64,000 nucleotides of DNA, from assembly GCA_024137785.1 (NCBI GenBank), contig JAHRHZ010000079.1, positions 8,597,535 through 8,661,534 of the forward strand, read 5' to 3'. The translations under genes and the position numbers were made by a program. This stretch comes from Ginglymostoma cirratum (Eukaryota). Every line of letters starts with the position of its first letter. Within the stretch, counting starts at the first letter, position 1. The notes under the pieces were generated by a model, which was not told the origin of the DNA, made no database searches, and worked only from the letters and a program-made list of their open reading frames with translations. Shown piece after piece: positions 48,773 through 61,364 of this stretch.

Positions 48773-51399
48773 CTCCCTTCCCCACGCAACCCCCCCCCAC
48801 CCCCAGCCCCCAACTGCACCACTGTGCTATGCCCCACTAAGCCACGATGCTGCCCCTCCAGGCCACTCCTGGCACTTCTGAGCAGGCAACCCTGAGTCAC
48901 TTAGGCGCTAGACATTTGAAAAATCCTGACATGTAACTAACTCTAATAGGACATAGTGTCAATACCAAGAACTATTCCCCATATCTATTTCCCAATCCCC
49001 CATTAAAAACCTAATCAAAGTCTGAGTATTGATCTTTTTTATTATTTTATATCACAACATCATCATTGGCTAACAGCAGTTACTAATGGCTGGGATGAAA
49101 TCAGCATCCTCATGTTCTTACACTGCCAAATCCTTACAGTTTTATATACTACTATTTCAAGCTTTTTGTTCACTATTCTTCCACTGTTTTCTTAATCGTG
49201 TCAACTTTTTAAGCTAAAATTAATGAAGACAAGATATTTTCCCCTTTTGTTTAATGTCTTTCATGATCTCCCTAGTCAGTTTAAAGCTCTTTAATAGAAA
49301 TAAGCACTTCAGTTCAGAGTCACAGTGACAAGAGGGTCAATGATATTTTGTCTTAGTTTTGCAAAACCATTGATCTTGTCCTCCAGATATTCAGACAGAA
49401 GCTTCTGTATAATTGAGAAAAAGGGCTGTCATGCCAATATCTGTAAATGGAAACTGCTAATAGTACCATACATCCAGACTGATTAGTGAGATTGATGAAG
49501 AATTGATGAGTGGAACAGTTCCCTACTTGTACAAATCAGAGCAAGTAAAATACCTATTATTAGATTAACATTCACTATTATGCTTAGTTGGGGAACCAGT
49601 TATTCTTGAAGTCTTAAACGCTTGCTTCAGTCATAATACATGGACTAGTCTTGCACTCTAATTGAAATCAACACAACATGTTAAAAATACAATATTAAAC
49701 AATCATATCAGGTTATTTCTCAGTTTCAGTTTGATCATAAATTGTAAATGGTTTCTGTTATCTGGCAACAATGGAAACATTTCTGGTCATTGTTAACCCC
49801 AAATGTATTATCAATAAAGGCAAAAGGAAATGCGATATTCTGACCTATACTGGGTTTCAGTCTGAAAATAAATTTCTATCAGCAGAAATTTGGTTCAAGA
49901 ACAATGTTTTTAAATACACCTCTGGGCATTAAAATTCCCTTGTGTGTGTTTCTTTACCATTGCGTGTCATTAATCAGTGAGCTGAAAATAACTTGCTACA
50001 TACTGACATGGTAAAAAAAAATTGACATAAGGGTGATTGACCAAAATTGTTATTCAAAACAAGAAAAAGTTAAATCTGCAGAGGCACTCCTTTGAATTTT
50101 TGCTGCTTTAAATCTGGAAAATGTGCTTCGCTGAAATGCCACAGTAAGGCACTGTAATAGGATGGTCAGCTTTTTCGTATCTCCTGATAGCTATTCTGTT
50201 TGTTTGGACTGTTCATATTGTCATCCATTTTTCAAATCTATAGTGTTTGTTTAAGTAACAGAGTTTGTATTGATCCACAAAGATTAACCTGTTCACTAAG
50301 TTTAGTTTAACAGTTAATGTCCATTCTTTCCGAGCTTTAGAATGTAAGCCTTTAGAAGTATTATTCAAATTGGCCCAAATTTGAGTAAGTACAAGACTTC
50401 TGGTGCAATTTTCTCCCTCATGGAGGTGGTGAGAAGGTAACCAATTGGCTGAGTTGGCTCTGGGAAGAAACTTAGACACTTCTTGCCATCTCACTGATTC
50501 ATTTCTGGGTATGGAAGTCCTTGGGTGACCTTCTCAACTTGCCACTAGTTTACACCCTTTAGTAGTCAATTAATGACCATTTAAGTGCCTCAACATGACA
50601 TTTCACTGATCACCTAAAAAGTGCCTAGATTCCTGACTGGGAAACCAGGGCTGCCTGCCCACTGGATTGAAGGAGGGCTTCAAAATGGTCCATTCCGAGG
50701 CAATTAGAGGCCCAGTTGGAAAGGAAGAAGCCTCTGAAAGCCTAACCCCTGCCCTCTTCTCCAGTCCCCACAAATCACTCTGCTGATGACCTTATCTTCA
50801 ACAAGAGTACAAAATTATTTAACCTCTCGCTGCTCAGTCCATTGAGCAGCAGACTCTGGATGCCAGAAAATCCTGGCTTCTGATTGGCCAGCAGCTTTGG
50901 CAATCTAAGACTCCAGTACTGAGGCCTGTGATTTACTGAGAAATTCATCAATGTTTGCCTGCTAGCTCTTAGTGAGCAGATTGGTAGGCAATTGGACTAA
51001 TTTTTGCAGCCGTGGGAATGGTCCATTAATGGTCTCCTAACCTGCTCACCCTCATACTTTTCAAATACTCTAAACTAAAGCACATTGGGCTGAATCTTAT
51101 GTGCTTACTTGACTAAGGATTACTTTTGTCATGTTTTGCAGAAGGTTTCTCCCATAAGACCTAGCAGGCTTACTCACCACATCTTACCAAACTCATCTCA
51201 TTGAATTACCCTGTCCCGACGGGGCTGTTCTTGTCTGAGTCTGGCCCCATTCTATCAACTGCCATGCCCGGAAGAACTCGCCATTGCCAGGATATCCCAA
51301 CATGGACAGGCATCCGTAATGCTGGCACCATTTTAAACAGCCGTTGCGCACTCAGACAAACACTATCAGACCAGAGCTACCCTGCACACTTCCTGGTAT

Positions 51400-51620
51400 T
51401 TGCCCCAGATATGGCAAAGCTGGGAATTTGGTACCGCAGGCAGGGACCTTGATGTCGCGGTAGAAGGTGTGGTGCAAAGATAGATCATCCCCTTCCTCAG
51501 GACCAGGCCATAATATCAGATTATGCTAACCTGGTCTGAAGTTGCCATCCAGGTTGGTGCAGTTTCAGCCATCTCGAGGAGTACGCAGCACTGTAAGAAG
51601 AAGGTCAATGACCTCACTCT
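51400..51620 (+). pseudogene. Harbinger Myb/SANT-like DNA-binding protein remnant
   Basis: LTWSEVAIQVGAVSAISRSTQHCKKKVNDL matches the WxEVAxxVxAxxxxxRTxxQCxKKxNDL trihelix motif. Confidence 0.75.
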
Positions 51621-52213
51621 ATCCTTGCTACTGTATCAACCTCCCATCCAAGCCTCCAGCTCTGCCACACTCACCAATGTCTGCAACACCTTCCCCACTC
51701 ACCATCCCCCACACTGAAACGTGACACCATTAACCCTGTCACCTCTTAGTGCTGCCTACTCACTCAGCATACATCCCCATCAGCATTAAAGGTAATAACT
51801 GATCACTCACTTTCATCTCCCGTAATACCTGCCACTCTCATTTGAGGAGGAACATAGCCACAATGGTGCAGAAATGATTGATGGGCTGTTCGATATTCTG
51901 CTTCTAACACTTTGAGGAGAGCACCCTGAGTGGCTGACTGACAGTATCCAAGCCCCTGGACAGGTAATGGATGCTGCCCTTGACTTACTGCCCATGGTTT
52001 TATGTCAGCTCTAAATGACAAGACAGTACTCAGTACAGTGACCCTGGTATTGACAGGACAAGGAGCAAAAAGGAAAAGCAAAAGCAAAGCAGGGGTGCTG
52101 TGAGCATCCTGTGAATGTGAATGGTGTCTAACCGATCAAACAAACATCCTGTGGATATAGCTTGGTGCACGTTCCTGAGCACATGTGTTTACTGCAGCTT
52201 TACATTCCAAGGT

Positions 52214-52539
52214 AGAATAGAATCCCTACAGTGTGGAAACGGGCCCTTCAGCCCAATAAGTCCACACTGACCCTTGTAGAATCCCACCTAGGCCCATCCT
52301 CCTACAACCCACCCAATCTACACATCCTTGAACACAATGGACAATTTAGCATGGCCAACACACCTATACTGCACATCTTTGGACCGTGGGAAGAAACCGG
52401 GGTACCCGGAGGAAACCCACACACACACAGGGAGAATGTGCAAACTCCACACAGACAGTTGCCCAAGGGTGGAATCGAACGCGGGTCCCTGGCTCTGTGA
52501 GGCAGCAGTGCTAACCACTGAGCCACCATGCCGCCTGTG
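52214..52539 (-). mobile_element. HE1-type SINE
   Basis: A box tggctcagtgg, B box gttcgattcc, V-domain and (attct)n tail. TSD ccaaggt at 52207-52213 and 52540-52546. Confidence 0.92.
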
Positions 52540-52621
52540 CCAAGGTTCAGCACTAAAATGCAGTCATATCACAAGTGGATTGGAGATGTGTTATGAGAGT
52601 TTTTAAAGGGTCTTAGCGCAG

Positions 52622-52840
52622 GTCATAGAATTCCTGAGATGTCATTCAGCCCATCCCTTGGAACCCTCCAAAGACCACCCCATCCAGGCCTAGCCCTTGA
52701 CCCTATTCCTTTATTACCCATGGCTAATCCACACAGCTTGCACATCCCTGGACTCTACAGGGCAATTTCTTAAGACCAATGCACCTGGCCAGCTCATCTT
52801 TGGACTTTTGGAGGAAACCCAATCACCCAGAGGAAATCAC
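52622..52840 (-). mobile_element. Decayed partial HE1-type SINE
   Basis: cacatccctggactctacagggcaattt...catctttggacttttggaggaaacc. Confidence 0.7.
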
Positions 52841-54208
52841 CGAGTTCACAGCAAACAATTCGGTAGAAAGATGCAAAGCGATAAGGCAGGACGTACCGCT
52901 AATAAGCAATAATCTCTATAAGAGACAAACTTGCCACTGTATCACAAGTATCTCGCCTTGACTTCCAGAATGGTTAAAAGATGGAACAAGTTATTTCTGA
53001 CATTGAGCTAGACCTTGAATTAAATCTCCGATGATTCTGCCACATTTCAGAACCCAAAACAATTATAAACTATATTGGAAGAGGAGGTGCAAAAAGAGGT
53101 TTTGCAGACACTTGTTTGATTTGAAATTGATTAAGTGAAGGCAATACATAGAATGGGTAATAGGCTGCATGTACATTGGTAAGGCATTGCTGCAGTCAAC
53201 GCTGCTCTTTGAAACACCTAGCACCAGTCATTGACATGTTGCTGCCAGAACACTGTGCATAGAGGAGCTGCAAACAAGCTCACAGATGGGGCCAGGCTAT
53301 ATGTTAGTGCTCCACGCTTGCTCTCTGAGCACGCCCCACTTTGTACTTACTTTGATGTTCACAGTGCAGGGGAGGAGGGCTCAGTGCAGCATGATTGTTA
53401 GGATAATTATGCCATAGGACCATGACACCAGGGTTATGGTGGGAGATAATTTTATAACTTAAAGAGCTGTATGGAAATGTTTGGAAGCTTAGTAACGATA
53501 GGCTCAACAGGGATGACATGGAAGAAAAGACTGTTATTGTTTGGGGGGAGGTTGGAGGAGCCTGTTAATTACCAGGTTAAGCCTGCATCTCCCTGTGCCA
53601 AGTGTGAATTCTGATACCTTCTATCCTCCATGCAAAATGCAAAATGGCTGCAACTACACATGGAGTGATCAAAGCAAGTGTTTTTTTCTGCCTAAGCATG
53701 CAACCTGCACTTGTAAGTGATATGAGACGATTCAAAGGCAATTGCATTAATCACAATTTTCACAATTTGAGTTGGTGTCATTTGTAATCATGGTACCCTG
53801 CATGTGAAATGTTTGCAGTATCAAACTGAATGGGATACAAATCCTGGTCACATGCAATCTTCACTATGTCATTGGTCATTACAGATTGATCATAGTCATC
53901 TCTGTGACCCAAAGTAACCTCAGATGGCTTTAAAAGTGGCAAGCCACAATTTACAAAGACAATTGAAGATATCGTAGGTTGCATAAGGGCACGGAAATGA
54001 TAACTTCTCATTTTGATCAACACCATGCTCTTATGTACAATGCTGCCTTTCTTGAGTAACGTGGGAGTGGGGGGAAACAAAGTATCAGGTAATCATACAG
54101 AACTTACAATCTCCTTATTCATAAGAATAAGGTCACATATATTAAATGTCGATGTAGAAACAGTCCATGGCAATTCTTGTTGGAGTGCTCCATGTCCCCC
54201 AATTGAGG

Positions 54209-54402
54209 AAGTCAGAAGTCACACAATACCAGGTTATAGTCCAACAGGATTATTTGAAATCACATGTTTTCAGAGCTCACTTCACCTGGCGAAGGGGCTG
54301 CGCTCCAAAACCTTGTGATTCCAAATAAACCCATTGAACGATAACCTGGTGTTGTGTGACTTCTGACTTTGTCCACCCCAGTCCAATACTAGCATCTCTA
54401 CA
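54209..54402 (+). mobile_element. Fold-back element with decayed hammerhead motif (family D), probably Penelope-derived
   Basis: Inverted arms aagtcagaagtcacacaataccaggttat... and ...ataacctggtgttgtgtgacttctgactt (54209-54369) plus a unique 3' tail. Centre reads tcac-CTGgcGA-a-ggggc-tgc-gctcc-aAAA-cctt-gtga. Confidence 0.75.
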
Positions 54403-54515
54403 CCCTACGGAGGACCATGCTAAACCATCCTCTGTGAGTGATGTGAATGTTCATTGCTCATATTACTAAGAGCCTGTTTCATTTTCCCGCAAAAGATTTT
54501 TTGGAAGAGTGACCA

Positions 54516-54914
54516 ATGGATCCAGCTACTACACGGGTTATTGTCACTGTTGCTGTGGTGCATAGGCATAGAGAGATTAAGGAGCAACAAATACAACACC
54601 AAACCTAGAACCAGCAGCAACCTCCTGCAGCTGCTGAACAGCTTCTTTCTGAAGCAGTCCAGCTGACGGTCCCTCAGGATACACAGGAGGCCCAGAATCT
54701 ATTGTTCTTGATGCCATTTCTTCCAGATGAGCAAGACACACCATCGTCCCAGACTGTGAATGTCCTGGGACACTGAATAGCCAGGAAAGTGCTTGCAGTC
54801 TTCTGAGGAGGAACATGAGGACATTGAACAAGAAGAAACTCACCTTCAGCATTTTCAAACATTACAGCATCAGGCATAACCAGCCAAACAGGAGTTAATC
54901 AACACCTGGTTCTA
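54516..54914 (+). pseudogene. Internally deleted Harbinger transposase (N- and C-termini joined)
   Basis: MDPATT.. start and FFQMSKTHHRPRL*MSWDT (cf. MSExQCRRRLRMSRET), followed directly by acidic SSEEEHEDIEQEE and AKQELINTWF* (cf. ARxxLIxxxF*). Confidence 0.6.
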
Positions 54915-56196
54915 AAAGATGTGATGTGATAGTGTTGGGATCATTTGTTGACTGTAAGTTTGTTGCTGCTCAAAAGGAAAATGGTCCACGATCTACTACA
55001 AGAGGCAAATGCAACTTTTGTTTGGTTTTTTTTCACTTTTGCAATTGCTAAATAAACCATTTGAAGGGTCTCCAGTATGTGCTGCTCCTACATTGAACAA
55101 TGAGAAAATGTTGGACTACTCTCGGCATTGGGGAAAGACTACTACTCCCTTTTGACAGGGTTCTAAAATGGGATGATGCTAATATATGGCTAACCTGTGT
55201 AGCTTGGTTCTAAATAGCAAAAGATTTACAAACATATGTTTGTATTTATAACGCAATGTTTGTCCTGCCATGAGAGCAATTTCCTTATGGTTCCTCTCAC
55301 TGCATGCACTGTGACGGGCAACTCTTGGCTGGTATATTTGACCGGGTATATGGTTGGGTTTTAAACCAGAAATTCCAGCAGATCCTGGCACAGTCGAGTA
55401 CTTTCACCTCTGACCAGATGGAAGATAATACATACGAGGTGACATTAGAGTGGTGGTGCAGAGATAATGAGGCATATTTTGAACAATAACACAAGAAATC
55501 TTGCCAAGATTAACCGAGAGAAACCCTTCATGAATCTCACCGAAATTGACATTTTCTGGTCAAATTCAGCCCATTATCCTGAAAAAGAAAAATGTGTTGG
55601 GCTACAGGGAAAAATGAAGTTGTGTGGTATTTGGTGAATTGTTCTATCAGAGAGCCAGCACACTCGTAATGGATAGAATGGCCACATTCTGTGCTATAAC
55701 TATCCTTCAAGTCTCAGAGTCTGAGTCAAAGAAAATAGTTGGACATACTGGCCCTAACTTTCAAAGAAGGAACTGCACTAGCACTACATCCAGGATATTC
55801 ACCAAGGCAACAGTTTGATCTTTACTTGACTTTGTGATGAGTTATACGTACATTTTAGAATAATAGATTACGTAGATCTCATTATGGTTTTTTGTACAGT
55901 GCGTCCAGTAGCCTCACTTTTCATGTTGTGACTTTTGGCCACTCGATAAGTATCAACAACCATAAATTGCTGTCCCGATATTTCTCACCTAATGTTGTCA
56001 CATCAGCTATCACGCTATAGTCACAAATCCTGGTCATTGGTTTGTTCTGTGGTGGAACTCATAACTGTGATTCCAACTAGTATTTAAAACAAAACATACT
56101 GGGATGGAGAAGTAACAAGTACAGCGGATTGAGGAGGAATATTTCTATCCCTTTTGTCTGCATAGGATTTCTTTTTCCTTTATTTGTATTTTTTTA

Positions 56197-56539
56197 ACGG
56201 GATGAGGGCATTGCTGGCTAGGCCAGCATTTATTGCTCACCCCTAATTGCCCAGAGGACAGTTAACAGTCACCCATATTGTTGTGGGTCTGGAGTCACAT
56301 GTAGGCCAAACCAGGTAAAGATGACAGTTTCCTTCCTTAAAGGACATTAGTGAACCAGATGGGTTTTTCTGACAATTGACAACGGATTTACGGTCATCAT
56401 TAGATTCTTAATTACAGACATGTTATTGAATTTGAATTCTACCATCTGCCCTGAGGCACTTTGAACCCAGGTCCCTGGAACATTATCTGGGCTCTGGATT
56501 AACAGTCCAGCGATAATACCAATAGGCCATCGCCTCCCC
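56197..56539 (-). mobile_element. tRNA-derived SINE with MER131-like tail (best-preserved copy)
   Basis: Minus strand ggggaggcgatggcctattggt (A box), cctgggttcaaag (B box) and tail gcaataaatgctggcctagccagcaatgccctcatcccg. Confidence 0.85.
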
Positions 56540-59500
56540 TGATTGTGTCTGATTTTTAGATTCAAAACTGACATTTTAATGATAATCACTATTTTGCCAT
56601 AGCCTGTACTTCTCATCACAATGTCACTCAGAAGAGGGGTCTAAAATAAGCATTAAGATCAAGCTTTATATATTTAAGGTGTGCGGGAGATTTGTTCTCA
56701 AAATTGTCCTTCGTTACATGCATCTTACATGTCAAATGGGTGTATTGTATCCAATGTTCCCTTTTATATATCCGAAAACCACTGAACATTAAATGCAGTG
56801 ATCATTTATAAAATGATATAAAGCAAATTAGTATCTTCAAAAAGGCTGAATACAGTATTTACACATGATTTGAGTAATCAAACAATTCTGTGTAACGTAA
56901 AACTTTTAATATTACCACATCAGCGATAAAAGAATTAGAAACGTCACATAATCTGAAATGATTGAGCACCTTCTGCTGCATTGCAATATGGAAATAAAGT
57001 ATTGACCATGATTTGAATGTTGCTTTATTCCTTTTATGCATCATTTGCATAAACCTAGAACATTATGTACCGAGTACAGGAGAATAATGTACATGTGTGT
57101 TAGATGTCATATAGATGCATGAAAGCAGATGTTAAAAATTCATGACTACTTCTTAAATAATAGCGTTATTTGTGTCACTTTCAAATAAAATTTGCTTTTA
57201 GAGGATCTCTCAAAATATTTGATCAGGTACTAAGTAAAAACTCAGCTTTGACTGCTTAAAACGTTGAATTAAAATATTATACATCAGTCTAACATAAAAT
57301 AACTTTCAAGAAAGCAGAGGTAATACCAAATTAAAATATTTATTTTATCTAAAATTATTAGTTCTTAAAACAAGGTGGGTCAGAAATTTGTTTTTCATAA
57401 TATGCATGGATATATTATTTTGCCTGTACCTTAGGTGCAGCACTAAACATTGACTGATCTGTTGTGACGATGTTTAATCATTGTGAAGCTGGTCTGTGCT
57501 CAGAAACCATGGAGAATGGTTCCCAATTACTAAGCTTTAGATGGCAATGAAGTGCTGAGAATGGTTAATCAATAAATTGAATGGAGACTCGGCTATCCAT
57601 TCTACCAGGACTTTAATTACATCCCCAGGAATAGAAATGCTGAGATTTGGAATTTTCCATTAAATTAAATTAACCCTATAATTCCCACTGTCTTCTGGCT
57701 GATAATAAATATTTAGCACAAAGTTCAGTTTATTTCAGTGGATGCTGGAGAATTGGATTACTGGGTGATGAATCCAGTGAACCATTTCCTTGTTACTTAG
57801 GCACCCATATAAAATGTAAACCTGAGCTGTGTATATTGAACTGAATGTTTTATAGCCCGTATAAAATATTTACAGCTCAAGTCATGGTGCTGTACTGGGT
57901 GTGACACTTTCATACTCATTTCAAGGGCATTGGGAACATTATATTTATTGTCTTACTAAGCAAAGCTGACCTATCCCAAATCCAAAGGAAGAATTTTTCA
58001 TTTTACGGCATGTGCATTGTGTACCAGTTGTATTTGACTTGCTGCAAAATCAATATGAACAATAAGGCACCTTAAATAAACATCTTGATAGAGTTTATTA
58101 AAAAATGAAACTTTGAACATTATTAAGTCGATAGATGCTTTTTTGATTTCTAAATATCTAAATATTAAGGAATACAATTAAAGTTACTTTATTTGGAACT
58201 TATTATTTTACATCGAAAATATATTAATGAATTTAATTTTATATATTTGAACTACTGTCAATACACAGGAAAGGGGATAAAATATATTTGACAGTATAAA
58301 CCTGGAATTATGCAAATCATGAAATTTGTACACATCCCTACTTTCCATTGTTTCACCTGCAGATGTCTTTATTTTGCTAAATCTTTCCTGTGTACATTTC
58401 ATTTCTTTTCTTATTTTGTTGGTATCTCTGTAACCTACTGTTCTTCTTCATTTGCAATTGCCTTTACTTCTTCTCTTCCTCTGTTTTCAACCTCTATAGA
58501 AGTTACATTTCTGCTATGACATTTTCTGATATATTAATATATGACGTATTCATTCATCCATGAATATAATTTTCTCATAGATCTGCAAGATATCAAAAAT
58601 TGTAGGTCTACCTCAAGATAAAAAGAATTACAAGCACCAATTCCACATGCTGACTGGGGCCAAGAAAATAGTCATGTGAATGGCAAGCCATGTCCACTAT
58701 GTGACCATTTTTAGGTGTGATCATATTCCAGCTTACTGGCTTTGTTTAATTCAAAAGATAATAAAGATGGCAATCTTCATACCTTATGAAAATAATAAAT
58801 CACATTGTTAGCAAATAATTGTTTTTCAGCAGAATTATTTGATGTCCTGTGGAGTCAAGAGAGGGAGGAAAAATTCCTACAGAACAAATTTGAGCAATGA
58901 AATGCAGAATACTAAATTAATGAAGATCACCTGATGATAGAGTATCAAGATTGTAGACTGCTCTAGATTATGATGTGTTCAACATCTCTGTCTGTGTGAT
59001 AATAGAGTGCAGGCAGCTAAAATATTCATTGTCGAGACATTGCAAGCACAGAGGTAAATCCAGCAGGTTTATGGATTGCTGATTCTGATGACATCAAGAA
59101 GGTAATTTTCTCCCGCAAACTTGGCGCTGAGCTGTTACAGGAAAGGCCAACAGAGAAGAAAGTTTGTCACAATTAAAATCTTGATTATTTGGCCTTTGCT
59201 TGTTATCAGTTAATTTAGAAGAAAATTATCCTACTTATTTTGTAGTCAAGAAATCAGTTGTTTTTGTTCTAAAATTCTGCAAAAGTGATGCTAGAGGCAG
59301 TTTGCTACCTTAAAACATCATGATGAGTTTTATAGAAAAGCTTCTCTCAGAGGTGGCTCTGTACTGGGGTAAATCTAGTTGAGTATCTAATTAAAACTAA
59401 AGCTATCCCAGTCTCTTGGAAAACAGATATCAATAGCTCTTATTCCCAGGAAGGGAAAAATCACAAGCAATGCTCCTAAGTGTTGACTGACTATGCTTTT

Positions 59501-60817
59501 AAATTATCATCACATTCTTCCATTGGTGCTTGCTTGATATGCACCTGGAGACCCTTCCTAAAATAATCAAACAGATCAAACAGTTTTATTCAGGTTGGAT
59601 ACTCCATTAATACTGTCAGGAGATTGTTCAATATAATGTATCATTCTGCACAGGCTAATGATCTAACCTTAGTTCTCTAGATGCTGGAAAAGAATTTACG
59701 TGTTGGAGTAAGAGGTTTTGTTTGCCATTCTCAAAGGACTTTGCATCAGGAACTCTTCGATCAAATGGGCTGCTACTTTACATTCTATGACACGTGCATC
59801 ATTGCTCACGAAAGCCTTCAAAAAGCTCTTCCAAAATATGACAGGATCCTGGATATTGTTGCCTTCAAATGATGTTACAGTTTGATTGACAACAATCATT
59901 TGCAGATGCTGCATCATTAAATTAATGTGCATATGAGACATTTCCTTCACCTCAACACACGATAGATAATGCTGTGAAGCCTACAAATCCTACATGGGAA
60001 GCTTTCCAGAATTGCGACCTCAAAGAGCATGCTATGTGAACCTTTCCTGTGCCCTACACAATGTCACCTTGCTGTCTCTTTCCAATTATTTTTCTTATGT
60101 TGTCAGCGCCAATTGCATTCGACATTGGCTTGACGAATAGGACTGAGCAGAACTGTCTGTATAGCTACAGCAGAGCCAGATGATAAACTCCACTTGCAGT
60201 TCTGCTTGACTTTAGCACAAAAAAAACTCATTTTCAACTTACCCCATAACTTAGCTTCAGTATTTACACAGATTATCAGGTTTCTTTCCACCATGGGGTG
60301 ATCATAGTCTGTTCCTTGAACATAAATCTGACAATTTCTTTTTTCAACATTTCTACCAACATAAGAAGGTATTAATCAGGAAGGTGCTCCACATGCTTCT
60401 GTAGGAACTGAAAAGGAAACCAAAGGCTTGTCTTCTGATCTACTCCAGTGTTCCATGGCTGGCAATTTTCTAATTGATTAGTTAGGAAGCAAGGTGACTT
60501 GCCACGAGGGAGAAGATTGTACAAATTTCAGAGACTTATCTCCAGCACTCCACAATGTCAAAAAAACTCACTTCATAATTTTCTGCCAAATTTTTAATGC
60601 CCTGTTGCACCGGTAAATTTTATTTTACTCAATGTACTGACTTCTTAACTTACACCAAGTCCCATGAAGGTTCGAGGACCAAGAATACCTAAAGCAGGGT
60701 TAACCCATCTCGTTAGACACTGAGCGGTGTGCTTGATGTCCCCAGGATGTTATGTCCTGGACAAGGCCCCCAGAAAACTACACAGGCAGTGTAGAATTCA
60801 GAATATTTATGAGACAG

Positions 60818-61138
60818 TCATGGTTCAGTGGCAGCACTCAAAAAGTTGTGTATGCAAGTCCCACTTGCAATTTGAGAGCCAATTCCAGGCTGACATCACC
60901 TGTAGCATTGAAAGAGTGTTGCACAGCTGGAAGAACCATTTTTCAGATGGGAGATTAAACCGAAGCTCTAAATGCCATCACAGCTTTGGAGATGGCCATT
61001 TCGGAGATGAGCGGGGGTATCCTGCATGTAAGTTGACTGTGCATTTGACAACAGCTGAGAACAATGCAATTAGCTGTAAAATGCTCTGGATACCATGAGG
61101 TCTAGAAAGGTGCTGTACAAATGTAAGTTCTTTCTTTA
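60818..61138 (+). mobile_element. DeuSINE-like SINE (SacSINE1/AmnSINE-type)
   Basis: tggttcagtgg head, Deu-domain-like tttcagatgggagattaaaccgaagctc and tail aaaggtgctgtacaaatgtaagttctttcttt. Family assignment is from recall. Confidence 0.65.
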
Positions 61139-61195
61139 CTGCCTGATTTTTTTTGTATTTTGGGATTTAAAGAAGAAATTTACCACAAGGCCTAC

Positions 61196-61360
61196 GTACA
61201 GAGTAATACAGCCGTACAGCATGGAAACAGACTCTTTGATCCAACTAGTCTATGCTAACCATGTCCCAAACCAAACTAGTCCTATTTGCCTGCATTTGGC
61301 CGATATCCTTCCAAACCTTTCCTATTCAGGTACTTATCCAAATGCCTTTTAAACGTTGTA
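61196..61360 (-). mobile_element. CR1 3' tail
   Basis: tacagcatggaaacagactctttgatccaactagtctatgc...ccttccaaacctttcctattcaggtacttatccaaatgccttttaaa. Confidence 0.8.
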
Positions 61361-61364
61361 TTTT

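Larger units (their letters stand above)
51087..55572 (+). mobile_element. PIF/Harbinger DNA transposon relic with both termini, containing nested SINEs and a Penelope hairpin
   Basis: TIRs GGGCTGAAT (51087) and ATTCAGCCC (ends 55572), 3-bp TSD att on both sides, subterminal inverted similarity (~51140 vs ~55495-55530), and internal Myb-like and transposase remnants. Confidence 0.7.

Noticed and set aside
48771-48812. C-rich tract (G-quadruplex potential on the minus strand)
   Set aside because: Low-complexity sequence at a SINE edge with no evidence of function.
55304-55489. Exon-like ORF MHCDGQLLAGIFDRVY...
   Set aside because: No recognisable homology or convincing splice sites, and it lies in the Harbinger subterminal region.
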